Positions 1-9,115 of a stretch of 64,000 bases of DNA are shown here, in pieces; the stretch's first letter is position 1, and every line of letters starts with the position of its first letter. The translations under genes were made by a program, and so were the position numbers. Source of the stretch: Candidatus Bathyarchaeota archaeon (lineage in GTDB: Archaea; Thermoproteota; Bathyarchaeia; Bathyarchaeales; Bathycorpusculaceae); assembly GCA_963733095.1 (NCBI GenBank), contig CAVTBV010000008.1, forward strand, positions 15,341 through 79,340. Direction: 5' to 3'. A model generated the notes under the pieces. The model saw only the letters and a program-made list of their open reading frames with translations. It did no database searches and was not told the DNA's origin.

Positions 1-2
1 CT

Positions 3-665
3 AAGCCTGGTTTATCCGTAATTATCGATGCTATCAAGGAAAGCCGAAAGATTTTCCAACGTATGAACAACTATGCACTCTATCGTATAGCTGAAACTAT
101 TCGTGTGTTATTCTTCATTGTCGCATCTATTCTTGTGTTCAATTTCTATCCGGTAACTGCAGTGATGATAGTTCTAATTGCATTGTTTAATGATGTGCCG
201 ATAATGGCGATTGCGTATGACAACGTGAAGAGCTCAAATAAACCTGAAAGATGGAACATGAGAAGTGTTCTGACTATGTCGTCGTTTTTGGGAATAATCG
301 GAGTATTCTCTTCATTTGGAATATTCTATATTGGCGATGTAGTATTGAAACTCCCCTTGGGCGTTCTTCAAGCGTTCATATTCCTCAAGTTGGCGGTTGC
401 TGGACACTTAACTATCTTCGTAACTCGCACACGAGGGCACTTCTGGTCCATTAGACCAGGAGGTCTTCTCTTTTGGTCTGCTGTTGTAACCAAGGTTGCA
501 GCGACTTTAATCGTAGTTTACGGAGTATTCGTGTCACCTATTGGCTGGGGGCTAGCAGCATTTATCTGGGGATACGCATTTATAGCGTTCGTTGCAACTG
601 ATTTCCTGAAAGTTCGTTTCTACAAATTGCTCGATCATGGCGACACCGTTTTTCACAGACCATAA
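3..665 (+). CDS. P-type ATPase, proton-efflux (PMA1/P3A-like), C-terminal part; gene begins before the window
   Basis: Open frame from base 3: KPGLSVIIDAIKESRKIFQRMNNYALYRIAETIR...ALFNDVPIMAIAYD, typical of P3A ATPases, followed by TM helices. Confidence 0.9.
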   Translation, partial: KPGLSVIIDAIKESRKIFQRMNNYALYRIAETIRVLFFIVASILVFNFYPVTAVMIVLIALFNDVPIMAIAYDNVKSSNKPERWNMRSVLTMSSFLGIIGVFSSFGIFYIGDVVLKLPLGVLQAFIFLKLAVAGHLTIFVTRTRGHFWSIRPGGLLFWSAVVTKVAATLIVVYGVFVSPIGWGLAAFIWGYAFIAFVATDFLKVRFYKLLDHGDTVFHRP

Positions 666-800
666 AAGATTGCCTCAACGTTTTTTCAACGAAAAACACG
701 CAAGTATCGCGCATACCCCTCGTTTGGTTCGCTGAAAAACTGCAAGTAGTAGTAAGGATAAGTATGTTTGGGATTTACTGCGACGAATTTAGGAGCGCGC

Positions 801-976
801 CAGCTTGTTGCTAATTTGATTTGTTTGTGTTAATTTCTGCTATCTTTCTAACATAGTTATAGATCGGGATTTTTCCAGTCTGTCCAGTCCACAGGGCACC
901 ACTACAAGGTCGGGAACTCCAAAAATCAATCTGTTCAGCATGAAAATGTCAATACAAATAATTTAGCAACAAACTC
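801..976. mobile_element. MITE-like element / IS remnant
   Basis: 14-bp terminal inverted repeats CAGCTTGTTGCTAA (801-814) and TTAGCAACAAACTC (963-976), 12/14 match, flanked by GCGC on both sides (797-800, 977-980); no ORF inside. Confidence 0.5.
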
Positions 977-1119
977 GCGCGTCAAGAAGGCAAAGGAATA
1001 ACCTTCACAGTACGTTTGCCGTCAAAGAAACAGTAAAAAAACAACTTAAGAGCTAACATAATCTTGAGCCAAATACCCATATAGTGGCTGGTACTGATAG
1101 AGTAATTAAGTTGTGTTTT

Positions 1120-1476
1120 ATGTCAAAGACCCTGCCTAATAAAAAGAAGCACCAAGCAGTTCAAAGAATTTTGAGGACGGTGCCATACGAAGATGGTTTC
1201 AATTTCTATATTGATATTGGTCAACCAACCAAAAACACTGCAACAAGTCTAGAACAATTCGCCAAGGAACTTGAAGAGGTAGACCTAAAGTCAGTTGACT
1301 TTCATTTTGAGAGAGCAGACTTTCAAAAATGGATCAGCAAAATATTGGAAGATAGTGTATTATCCCGTAGATTGGACAAAATTCCAAAAGACATTGTTGG
1401 AGAACCGCTGAGAAAAAAGATTGTGGAAATTGTAAAAGCACGAAACGATGAACTAATGAAGTTTCAACTTTCATAA
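1120..1476 (+). CDS. DUF5752-like small protein
   Basis: RILRTVPYEDGFNFY...ATSLEQF...SVDFHFERADFQKWI resembles DUF5752; ATG at 1120 preferred over GTG 1084. Confidence 0.7.
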   Translation: MSKTLPNKKKHQAVQRILRTVPYEDGFNFYIDIGQPTKNTATSLEQFAKELEEVDLKSVDFHFERADFQKWISKILEDSVLSRRLDKIPKDIVGEPLRKKIVEIVKARNDELMKFQLS

Positions 1477-1981
1477 CTCCAAGCCCGTGCTTTTCAACTT
1501 TGACAGTTGAATTAAAAAATAACACCAGCTGCCAAAACTGAAGGATAAATAATATGAAAAAATATCCACTGCTAAAAACGCTAATAAAAATATGTGACTA
1601 CTTCAACACTAAGCAAATTTATGGGTTGCTCTTTTTTCTGTTTATTCTTATCTAATTAGGAATAATGGTTTTTTTTGCTTCTTTGTGTCGCTCCTTAAGG
1701 GAAACTTCTTAAAGAAACGGGCATAAGTTGTTGACTTAAGGATCCTCATTTAACTTTGCTAAAATTCTTTTGTGGATTGCCGGATTCCTCATTTGGATAA
1801 TCCATTAATCTTCACCAAACAAAATCACTTAATGTAGTGAAATAAAAAAATTTTTCATTGTCAGCAAGCAACAACAAAGTATCTGGTCTTGCGTAACCAA
1901 CTCATTTTCTTATTCAGTTGAAAGGTTAAATCATTTTTCTTTTTCAGGCATCAAGAATATTCGAGTAAGGATAAACTTAAA

Positions 1982-1994
1982 TTGACATAGTCAA
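1982..1994. promoter_or_regulatory. Palindromic operator candidate upstream of ferredoxin
   Basis: TTGAC-ATA-GTCAA just downstream of an AT-rich TATA-like stretch, 27 bp before the start codon. Confidence 0.35.
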
Positions 1995-2021
1995 GTTGAA
2001 ATAAATCTCGAGGATTATCCA

Positions 2022-2246
2022 TTGAAGTTCCAAATTGAAGTTAACAGAGAAGATTGCATAGCATGCGCATCATGCTATACGCTGGACTCTAACCATTTCG
2101 AAGCTGATGATGAGGGTAAGTCGAAAGTGAGAGGCGGAATAAGTAACGGCAAATCAACTGGCAGTTTTGACGATGACAAAATAACTATTGCAGAAGATGC
2201 AGAAAGCACTTGTCCTGTGAGCGCTATCAAAGTCACTAAAACTTAA
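2022..2246 (+). CDS. Monocluster ferredoxin
   Basis: CIACASC and distal CPVSAI motifs, 74 aa, acidic; GAGG SD before TTG. Confidence 0.9.
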   Translation: MKFQIEVNREDCIACASCYTLDSNHFEADDEGKSKVRGGISNGKSTGSFDDDKITIAEDAESTCPVSAIKVTKT

Positions 2247-2282
2247 AGCCAAGCGATGCTCACCCTTTACTGGACGAGCAGT

Positions 2283-2630
2283 TCACTTTAGGGTTGTTTT
2301 GCATATGAAGGCATAAAAGACTGCAGGTTCATTTCCGACGACCCAGCCGTCATGTCCTGGCGGAATGTCGGATACATCTCCGGGACCGAACTCGATTTCT
2401 TGACCATCATCCGCTCTAACACGCAACCTACCTGAAACCCAGACCCCAAAATGATGCACTTGACAAGAATCAGTTTTAGCAATGGATTTTATGTCTTGTG
2501 ACCATTTCCATCCAGGTTGATAGGTCTGCTTTGATATTGTCATGTTATCCATTCTGATGTTCTCAACCTTTAGATTTGGTGGAGTCTGAATCTCATCTGG
2601 TTTCTGAAAATTCTTTTTCTGTAAAACCAA
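2283..2630 (-). CDS. Cupin domain protein
   Basis: PGWKWS...CQVHH...GPGDVSDIPPGHDGWVVG cupin motifs. Confidence 0.85.
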   Translation of the reverse strand: MVLQKKNFQKPDEIQTPPNLKVENIRMDNMTISKQTYQPGWKWSQDIKSIAKTDSCQVHHFGVWVSGRLRVRADDGQEIEFGPGDVSDIPPGHDGWVVGNEPAVFYAFICKTTLK

Positions 2631-2738
2631 CTATTTCACCGTTAGTTTTAGTGGTTATTCTTGGTATTAATCAATTGTGTTAGAATTATCGCGCGTGAAT
2701 TTCGAATTATCTTTGCTTGACGGTATTAGAAACCTGAC

Positions 2739-3200
2739 TTATTTGAAGCTCCATTTACCGTTTAGCTCTTTGGGGGGTAAACTTACAATGAAAGTGGTTC
2801 CTTTGCCTTCTTGGCTCTCGAAAGCTACATTGCCGCCGAACGCTTCACTCATGCGCTTAACAACCGCTAATCCAAACCCTTGACCTTTCGCCTTAGTCGT
2901 AAACATTGGAGTAAACAATTTTCCTTTCACGTCTTCAGGAATACCTACGCCAGTATCTTTGACTGCTATGACAGTGTCATTTGCTTCCTTGTAAGCATGT
3001 ATAGTCAGTTTTCCGCCTTTAGGCATTGCTTGAACCGTGTTATTCACCAAATTGTCCATAATGCGATTTATGAAAGTGGAGTCAGCGACAACTTTCCGCG
3101 CGTCTATTTCAACTTTAACGCTAACTATAATATTCTCTGGCAAACCGTTCTTCTTCAATAATTGCTCAATAATGAGTTCCAAATAACGCGCAGTAAACAT
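2739..3200 (-). pseudogene. Truncated histidine kinase (HATPase_c domain only)
   Basis: N box (NLVNNTVQAM), G1 (DTGVGI), F (LFTP), G2 (GQGFGL) present; no H box or sensor domain. Confidence 0.75.
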
Positions 3201-3313
3201 AGTCTCTAACTTAATTACCGATTCTGCTAAAAGAATAAAAAATAAGAAAAAAATAGGTCATTAGGGGAACTGACACCCAGCGGTCGAGGTCGTGCTCAGG
3301 GTGTGCCGCTAGT

Positions 3314-3505
3314 TTAGTTCTCTGATTTCTTCTGCCGCGGATTATAAATAATGCCGGCAATAAGCAACACCAATCCAAAGACGGGTAATACGAGCGCATC
3401 TTGGATGCCTTTTGCAAAAAAGAGGACGATGCCCAAAACTATTAGTACGGTTCCAAACGCAAGGAGTCTCCCCTTATTTGTCTGATAATATTTACTCGGA
3501 TCCAA
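3314..3505 (-). CDS. Small two-TM membrane protein
   Basis: Two hydrophobic helices, GGAGGTG SD, co-oriented downstream of ABC permease. Confidence 0.65.
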   Translation of the reverse strand: MDPSKYYQTNKGRLLAFGTVLIVLGIVLFFAKGIQDALVLPVFGLVLLIAGIIYNPRQKKSEN

Positions 3506-3539
3506 TGTTCCACCTCCGCCCTCTTCGCTTCCAACTTCG

Positions 3540-4283
3540 CTACTTCCACTTTGTTAGTATTTCCTCCCTTCGGAAAGTCTTGGTGCTGACAAAAAACAGC
3601 GCCACACCAACAGCTAAGATAACCCCTGAAATTACGAGCAAAGTGTTTACGTCAAGAGTTATTACGCTTGTCTCGCTGAGAAGGTATATGCCAAGGAGGG
3701 GAAAGAGAATAAAAATTCCAAAACTGTTAGCGCTACGCACATCATTAACTCTTGAAGAAACCATCACACTGAACAGAACACTCATAACAATGGCGACCGG
3801 CATCAAAACTAACAGCAAAGTGGCGATATTCCAGTTTGGAAAATAATAATAGCCAAGCGTACTGAAAGTAACCTCATCAATGCCCACCATGAAGACTGCT
3901 GCAGCCGCATACATCGCCACTAAAGTTGGAATAACTGCGGAAATGGCTTTTCCAAGCAAAATCTCTCCATCAGTAAGAGGTGTTGCTAGAAGCGGTTCCA
4001 GACTCTTCTCAACTTTCTCCCCCACTATACTGTAGGAGGCAATTCCCAAGGGAACGTACGCTGCTCCTATAACTAAAAAGAAAGAAAAAGAGTTAAGCAA
4101 ATTTGGAAGCACACCAGGCGCTGCAAGTCCATGGCTCCCCCTAATCGCTAAATACTCCAGTATCACCGGAAACAAGACCGAGATAACAACAGGGAAGACT
4201 ATGATTGAATACCAGACATTTTTTACTCGCCTAAATATCTTGAAGTCCCTAGCTGCTACGATCCACGCCTTTGAGAGCCTCAT
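3540..4283 (-). CDS. ABC-2 type transporter permease
   Basis: Six TM segments; SIVGEKVEKSLEPLLATP motif. Confidence 0.9.
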   Translation of the reverse strand: MRLSKAWIVAARDFKIFRRVKNVWYSIIVFPVVISVLFPVILEYLAIRGSHGLAAPGVLPNLLNSFSFFLVIGAAYVPLGIASYSIVGEKVEKSLEPLLATPLTDGEILLGKAISAVIPTLVAMYAAAAVFMVGIDEVTFSTLGYYYFPNWNIATLLLVLMPVAIVMSVLFSVMVSSRVNDVRSANSFGIFILFPLLGIYLLSETSVITLDVNTLLVISGVILAVGVALFFVSTKTFRREEILTKWK

Positions 4284-4285
4284 AT

Positions 4286-5203
4286 TTATTTCCTCACAAG
4301 TTTTAGATAGGTATCTTCTAAAGTTGAGCCCACCACATTAATTGATTTGACATGACCGCCCGCTAGCACTATAGACTCTATAACAGGCGAATTTTCCTTG
4401 TCTGGGTTTTCCACACTAAATGTTACTGTGTCGCCGTCGGTGACCAGGTTTTTGAGCGGCATTTTTTTCAGTGCCCCCAAAACGGCATCGTTGATTTGCT
4501 GTTCTAATCCGATAACTGTCTTTTTGCCGCTAACGGACCTTTCAAGTTCCTGCGGAGTCCCGATTGCCCTAATACTTGTATTCATTATTGCTACCCTGTC
4601 GCAGATTCTTTGTGCCTCGTCGAGGTTGTGGGTGTTTAGAAAGATTGTCTTCTTCTCTTTTTTTAGTTGAAGAATGAAATCCCGGACTGTTTTCGAAGCC
4701 TCAGGATCTAGATTCGCAGTAGGCTCGTCCATGAAAAGTACTTGTGGGTCATGGATGAGGGCGCGGGCTATGGCGAGTTTTTGTTTCATGCCCTTGGAAA
4801 AGGTCCCAGCTAAAATGTTTCTCTTATCCCAAAGCCCCAACATATCGAGGAAACGTTGGATATTTTCTTTCCTTTGAGCGGTAGAGCAATCGTATATTTT
4901 TCCGTAGAAATCGAGGTTATCGTAAGCGGTCAAATTTTCGGATAACCCCACATTATCAGGAACCAATCCGATGATTTTGCGTATCTTGAGTAAATCTTCC
5001 TTGTTGCCTATTTGGTATCCACCCACAGTAGCGTTTCCGCTGGTTTTTGAGATTAGGCAACAAAGCATTCTGACCGTCGTAGTTTTTCCTGCGCCATTCG
5101 GGCCCAGAAAACCGAAAACTTCACCGTCGTCAACATGAAAAGTAAGATTGTCTACGGCTGTTAGATCCCCAAACTTTTTTGTAATGCCCTCAGAATCTAT
5201 CAA
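4286..5203 (-). CDS. ABC transporter ATP-binding protein
   Basis: GPNGAGKTT, FSKGMKQK, FMDEPT. Confidence 0.95.
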   Translation of the reverse strand: MIDSEGITKKFGDLTAVDNLTFHVDDGEVFGFLGPNGAGKTTTVRMLCCLISKTSGNATVGGYQIGNKEDLLKIRKIIGLVPDNVGLSENLTAYDNLDFYGKIYDCSTAQRKENIQRFLDMLGLWDKRNILAGTFSKGMKQKLAIARALIHDPQVLFMDEPTANLDPEASKTVRDFILQLKKEKKTIFLNTHNLDEAQRICDRVAIMNTSIRAIGTPQELERSVSGKKTVIGLEQQINDAVLGALKKMPLKNLVTDGDTVTFSVENPDKENSPVIESIVLAGGHVKSINVVGSTLEDTYLKLVRK

Positions 5204-5355
5204 TGCGATTACCCTTTGGACTAAACGAAGCCCATTGCTTGTTAGTAAAAGGTTAGTGTTTTATAAATAACGTTCCACAGGTACAAAATTTGTACCAGGA
5301 AGATAAAAGCCAAAAGAGCCGTAGCACTCAGATATAGAAATTAAGGAGCTAAAGT

Positions 5356-6027
5356 ATGGTCGAAGAGGTTTCACCAGAGCAAATTAAGCGGGTCGCAGAA
5401 AAAGCCCTAGTTATAGAACGGTACATACTAGAGAGAGCTTGGGGACTCTGTTATGCTGCAGTCGCCGCTGAAATTGTCCTCATACCTTTTCTGCCCTTGA
5501 TTGTCCTAATCCTCGGGCTTTCAGCTGGCTATTTTCTTGTTGTTGCGCTAGTGGTTAACACAGCGGTGAGCATTGTGGGCGCTGCTATGATTGCTTGGAT
5601 TTTGAAGAAGGCTTATAACTCCATGCTTGTACGCAGAGAAATTGTGGATTCAATATGGACAAAATTGCTACGGCCTTCGTGGATAGCATTAGTTTGGACG
5701 ACCTACTATTCGCTGATTCTTGCCGCAATTTTCTTGCTGGGCCACGAATTTTTGGTGTTTAGATTCGGACTTTTGGCCACAACAGTGTTTCCGTTATTCT
5801 TTGCTCTTAAAGGTTCGTTCCCTGAGCGGCTACCACGAGAAAGTATAGCCGTCATGTCGGCATTAACTATTTACACGTTAGGGGGTTTTGTTGTCTCTCT
5901 CCTAAAAGCCAATGCGGGCTTTTACCTTATTCTTTGGGTAATTTTTCTTGTCGTTCTTATCATAGCTTCTGCACATGCACGCAGACGGAAACCGCCCATC
6001 TCTATGGAGGACCCCCAGAATTGGTAA
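5356..6027 (+). CDS. Hypothetical multi-TM membrane protein
   Basis: About six hydrophobic segments, AAGGAG SD, divergent from ABC operon. Confidence 0.75.
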   Translation: MVEEVSPEQIKRVAEKALVIERYILERAWGLCYAAVAAEIVLIPFLPLIVLILGLSAGYFLVVALVVNTAVSIVGAAMIAWILKKAYNSMLVRREIVDSIWTKLLRPSWIALVWTTYYSLILAAIFLLGHEFLVFRFGLLATTVFPLFFALKGSFPERLPRESIAVMSALTIYTLGGFVVSLLKANAGFYLILWVIFLVVLIIASAHARRRKPPISMEDPQNW

Positions 6028-6362
6028 AGGACCGACAACCCAACTTCAAATTGCCCAGCACAGACATAATTAAATCATTAAACAAACAGCTAAACGACCC
6101 TACCTTCAAATCATCAACCAGAATACTGATTTTGATTCTGCTTGCCATGAACAAGAAGTTGACTTCTGTGGAGTTGCGTTCTTTCGTGGGGTTGGGAAAG
6201 GGTAGTTTGGAGAATCACTTGGTGAAGATGGAAGCTTCTGGTCTGATTGGAGTCCGCTCTATTAGGTCGTGGGGCGGCGTGCATCAGGTTGTGGAGATAA
6301 CTGAGAAGGGACTGGAAGATTGCAGATCATTGCTTAAAAAGATTCATAGCCTAGATGTTTAA
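6021..6362 (+). CDS. Winged-helix transcriptional regulator (MarR/ArsR-like)
   Basis: TRILILILL...ELRSFVGLGKGSLENHLVKMEASGLI...EITEKG; TTG at 6021 overlapping upstream stop is the likely start. Confidence 0.8.
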   Translation: MVKDRQPNFKLPSTDIIKSLNKQLNDPTFKSSTRILILILLAMNKKLTSVELRSFVGLGKGSLENHLVKMEASGLIGVRSIRSWGGVHQVVEITEKGLEDCRSLLKKIHSLDV

Positions 6363-6541
6363 TGGATTCTTAGGAAGATGACTATTAGTCCAATTGAAAA
6401 ATTAATCTTAGCTTCATAAGAACCGATTTGAAGTCATGCAAAACGCAGCCTACTCGATATAACTCTGAGCTTATCGCAAAAAGCTACAAACCTGATGGTT
6501 ATTTCAGTGGCGACGCATATAATCAGCTATGGTAATGGAAA

Positions 6542-7003
6542 CTAAAGGGCTTTGATCTCTTCCTGTTTGCCCCATATTTCCATAGCAAAACGTGTTAGTG
6601 CCCAATGCCAACCACGTTTCTCGGCGAGGCGTTCTCCAAACTCTTTTTCTAATCGTTTATTCATTCTCAGGATTCTTCTGCTGATCTGATGACGAGTAAC
6701 TTTGAATCGGTCAAGCCGTGCTTGCAAGTCTTTTGGTAACAAACCCAGATTGCCCACTTCAAAGAGTAATTGCAGAATTTCTCGGTCAACCTCATCAACA
6801 CAAGCAATACGTTCCATAAGTGATTGCTCAAAATTGAAAGAGCCCTTCAACCCTGCAAAGATAGTGCGTAGCATAAGCTTGACCTCTTCAACCTCAGCCA
6901 ATGTCTGCTTGAGCAGCTGCTGATTATATTTCAAGCGGCCTATCTTATCACTTTGGCTGCGCTTTTTTTTCTGGTTTTGAACAGGGTTTTCCGTTTCTTC
7001 CAT
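6542..7003 (-). CDS. Hypothetical protein with C-terminal wHTH-like region (mobile-element associated)
   Basis: Coiled-coil N-half, then DEVDREILQLL...GLLPKDL...ISRRILRMN...GWHWALT; ATG at 7003. Confidence 0.65.
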   Translation of the reverse strand: MEETENPVQNQKKKRSQSDKIGRLKYNQQLLKQTLAEVEEVKLMLRTIFAGLKGSFNFEQSLMERIACVDEVDREILQLLFEVGNLGLLPKDLQARLDRFKVTRHQISRRILRMNKRLEKEFGERLAEKRGWHWALTRFAMEIWGKQEEIKAL

Positions 7004-7206
7004 ATCAGAATGCACACTCCAAGAATTCTTCTCCATCAACGCATGGCAAAATTAACAGTGGGTAATCAGGACTAACCAACCGCAGAAAAGTGACTTGTGA
7101 AAAGCATGGACTTTTCCCATACCTAAGGATATGTTCCAAAATACCCTTTGAACATGTTTTTACTGCCTTTACTGTTATTCTAAACTCAGGATTTTCTGCA
7201 ACTATG

Positions 7207-8160
7207 CTAAGACACGTAGCCGTTTCCTCCCTCAACTGAACCTTTAGCGATGTCTTGGGTGGCCTCAGAAACCACATGTTTACCCAAAATATCAGCAACT
7301 CTTCCCAAGTCACAACCCATCTTCTCCAGCTGGGCAAGGCTACCTGAAATCTTCTCTAAATCGCAAAGAACATTGTCGAATTGACCTTCAAGTTTCTTTA
7401 TACGTTCAGGCATTAGCAAATATTCAACTGCAGCGTCACGGCCAAGGTGATCGAGCTCGCCTTCGTCTTCTCCGGGACTGTCATCAATTACCCGTTTGGG
7501 AGTGCTTACTGTGAAGTAGCGGTTGAGAAGATTAGCGACAGGATCATCAACGCCTAACTCGTGGCGTTTGTTAATTTTGCCATCGCCTAAAACGCAGCCA
7601 TACTTGCTCATCAAACCTTTAGCGACTCGGTCAGCCAAGGTTTTAGCAGTTGTCACTAACTCTCCGGGACTGCGACCATACAACGTTTCCACGTGAATAA
7701 TCCAAGACGTCGTCGTATGCCTAACCTTAACACCCTGCTCTAACCCCAAAAGAGCCGTCCAATTCTGCATCTCAATTCGCTTGAAATCGCCAGATGGATA
7801 AACTCCCTCACGCAGAACTGGGAACTTGAAAAAACATCGATGAAGACGAAAAACCCCGCTGCTAAATAGTACGCCCTCACATGATATGAGAAAGTTTTGA
7901 CCTCGCTCTGTCAGCTCGTAATCTACAAAGTTGCTCCGCTTTAGCCTTCGAATTAAGCCTGCCTTTTCCAGCTTCTTTACGTAGTAATCGACGTGTTGTT
8001 TGCTCCACCCACGGACGCGACCTATCTTGGCAGGATACATTCCGCTCTCGATACCCTTGAGAATTGGGATGACTCGGGTGCGAACAGTACAGAAGTCAAA
8101 TTTGACTTTGGACTTTGGAAGCGAAATATTTTGACTTCTATCAACAGCTTGCTTATCCAA
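7207..8160 (-). CDS. wHTH-containing protein with unknown C-terminal domain and coiled coil
   Basis: HTH: YPAKIGRVRGWSKQHVDYYVKKLEKAGLI...YELTERG; TTG at 8160 after AGGGGA is the likely start. Confidence 0.7.
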   Translation of the reverse strand: MDKQAVDRSQNISLPKSKVKFDFCTVRTRVIPILKGIESGMYPAKIGRVRGWSKQHVDYYVKKLEKAGLIRRLKRSNFVDYELTERGQNFLISCEGVLFSSGVFRLHRCFFKFPVLREGVYPSGDFKRIEMQNWTALLGLEQGVKVRHTTTSWIIHVETLYGRSPGELVTTAKTLADRVAKGLMSKYGCVLGDGKINKRHELGVDDPVANLLNRYFTVSTPKRVIDDSPGEDEGELDHLGRDAAVEYLLMPERIKKLEGQFDNVLCDLEKISGSLAQLEKMGCDLGRVADILGKHVVSEATQDIAKGSVEGGNGYVS

Positions 8161-8165
8161 AAAAA

Positions 8166-8318
8166 TTAGTCCCCTTTCGCTTTCAAAGAAATGCTTTCGC
8201 ATGCAACCGAAGATGCCAGAAGATTAATTCGTGCCTTGCCTTGATGGTTTGGCTCAATACATCGACCACACCAAAAGGAACAATCTAAACAATGGAGCTC
8301 AAAATGAAGTGTTGCCAT
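8166..8318 (-). CDS. Small Cys-rich protein (50 aa), absent from ORF track
   Basis: MATLHFELHCLDCSFWCGRCIEPNHQGKARINLLASSVACESISLKAKGD; fills the gap between neighbouring co-oriented genes with 5-6 bp spacing. Confidence 0.55.
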   Translation of the reverse strand: MATLHFELHCLDCSFWCGRCIEPNHQGKARINLLASSVACESISLKAKGD

Positions 8319-8324
8319 TGCCGT

Positions 8325-8504
8325 CTACTCCGGTAAGTACTTCACCAAAACGGGTGAGTTGTTCTCTATGCCACGAAAGACCTTCATGCAATTATACGAG
8401 TTAACTTCAACCGTGCCAACATGCAACTGCCCACGGTAGATGAAAACGTAAAGCTGTCCGTCGTTTCCTCGGCGATAGACAACGTTTAAGGATTGGTCTA
8501 TCAC
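8325..8504 (-). CDS. Small hypothetical protein (59 aa)
   Basis: GTG at 8504 preceded by AGGAGG; MIDQSLNVVYRRGNDGQLYVFIYRG... Confidence 0.55.
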   Translation of the reverse strand: MIDQSLNVVYRRGNDGQLYVFIYRGQLHVGTVEVNSYNCMKVFRGIENNSPVLVKYLPE

Positions 8505-8541
8505 CCGGACGCCTCCTTGAGAAAGAAAAAAAGAAGTGGAA

Positions 8542-8829
8542 CTAAACTGGTATATAATTTTTTTCGGAAAATCGGTGCCCACAGTTGGAACAAAGCCAGC
8601 GTTGAATTTTGATGGTCTCGTCGAACGGCAAGTATCTGCTGCCGTCTCTCCACAATCTTTGGTAACCACATTTGGGACATTTCAGTCCATCTTTGGGTGG
8701 AACGTAAGGTCCAGTGTAGTGACATGCGCAGTTTTTGCAAACATAACCTGTGGCATTCTTGTTTTCTGTTCCGTATTTCCAGGCACTTTGACAGCCGCAT
8801 TCCGGGCATTTCGGTATTTCTAAGCTCAT
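8542..8829 (-). CDS. Double zinc-ribbon protein (IS1 InsA-like ribbons)
   Basis: CPECG...CKNC and CPKCG...QRWLCSNCGHRF. Confidence 0.7.
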   Translation of the reverse strand: MSLEIPKCPECGCQSAWKYGTENKNATGYVCKNCACHYTGPYVPPKDGLKCPKCGYQRLWRDGSRYLPFDETIKIQRWLCSNCGHRFSEKNYIPV

Positions 8830-8942
8830 CTTCTTTATTTCCTGCCAAACTTACGACGAATTGGAGATCCCCAAAAAAGAAAAAAGGGAAAGTTGCCGCA
8901 AAGAAACGATTTTGTGGAGTTTTCTCCAATAGTGGGGAGGAA

Positions 8943-8963
8943 CAAATCCCAGCGGCCTCACCA
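8943..8963 (+). repeat. Degenerate tRNA 3'-end copy (att-like, tRNA-Pro type)
   Basis: CAAATCCCAGCGGCCTCACCA resembles the archaeal tRNA-Pro 3' end (TTCAAATCCC.GCGGCCCCACCA); no 5' half of a tRNA. Confidence 0.6.
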
Positions 8964-8968
8964 ATGCT

Positions 8969-9000
8969 CACGTTAAAAAGTACTGGTACATTTTAACGTG
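8969..9000. repeat. 32-bp near-perfect palindrome between two att-like copies
   Basis: CACGTTAAAA-A-GTAC-TG-GTAC-A-TTTTAACGTG. Confidence 0.7.
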
Positions 9001-9010
9001 TGCACAATTG

Positions 9011-9028
9011 AAACCCAGCGGCCCCACC
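9011..9028 (+). repeat. Second degenerate tRNA-Pro-type 3'-end copy
   Basis: AAACCCAGCGGCCCCACC. Confidence 0.55.
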
Positions 9029-9115
9029 TTAGAAACTTTTGTTTAGATACATACTCGAATTCTTTATTTAATTAAGAAAAAAGCTTTTAGTATTAACAGT
9101 ATAAGGATAACGGCA

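Noticed and set aside
8501-8996. Overlapping ORFs 8501-8971(-), 8536-8823(+), 8697-8996(+)
   Set aside because: Shadows of the Zn-ribbon gene; two of them run through att-like non-coding sequence
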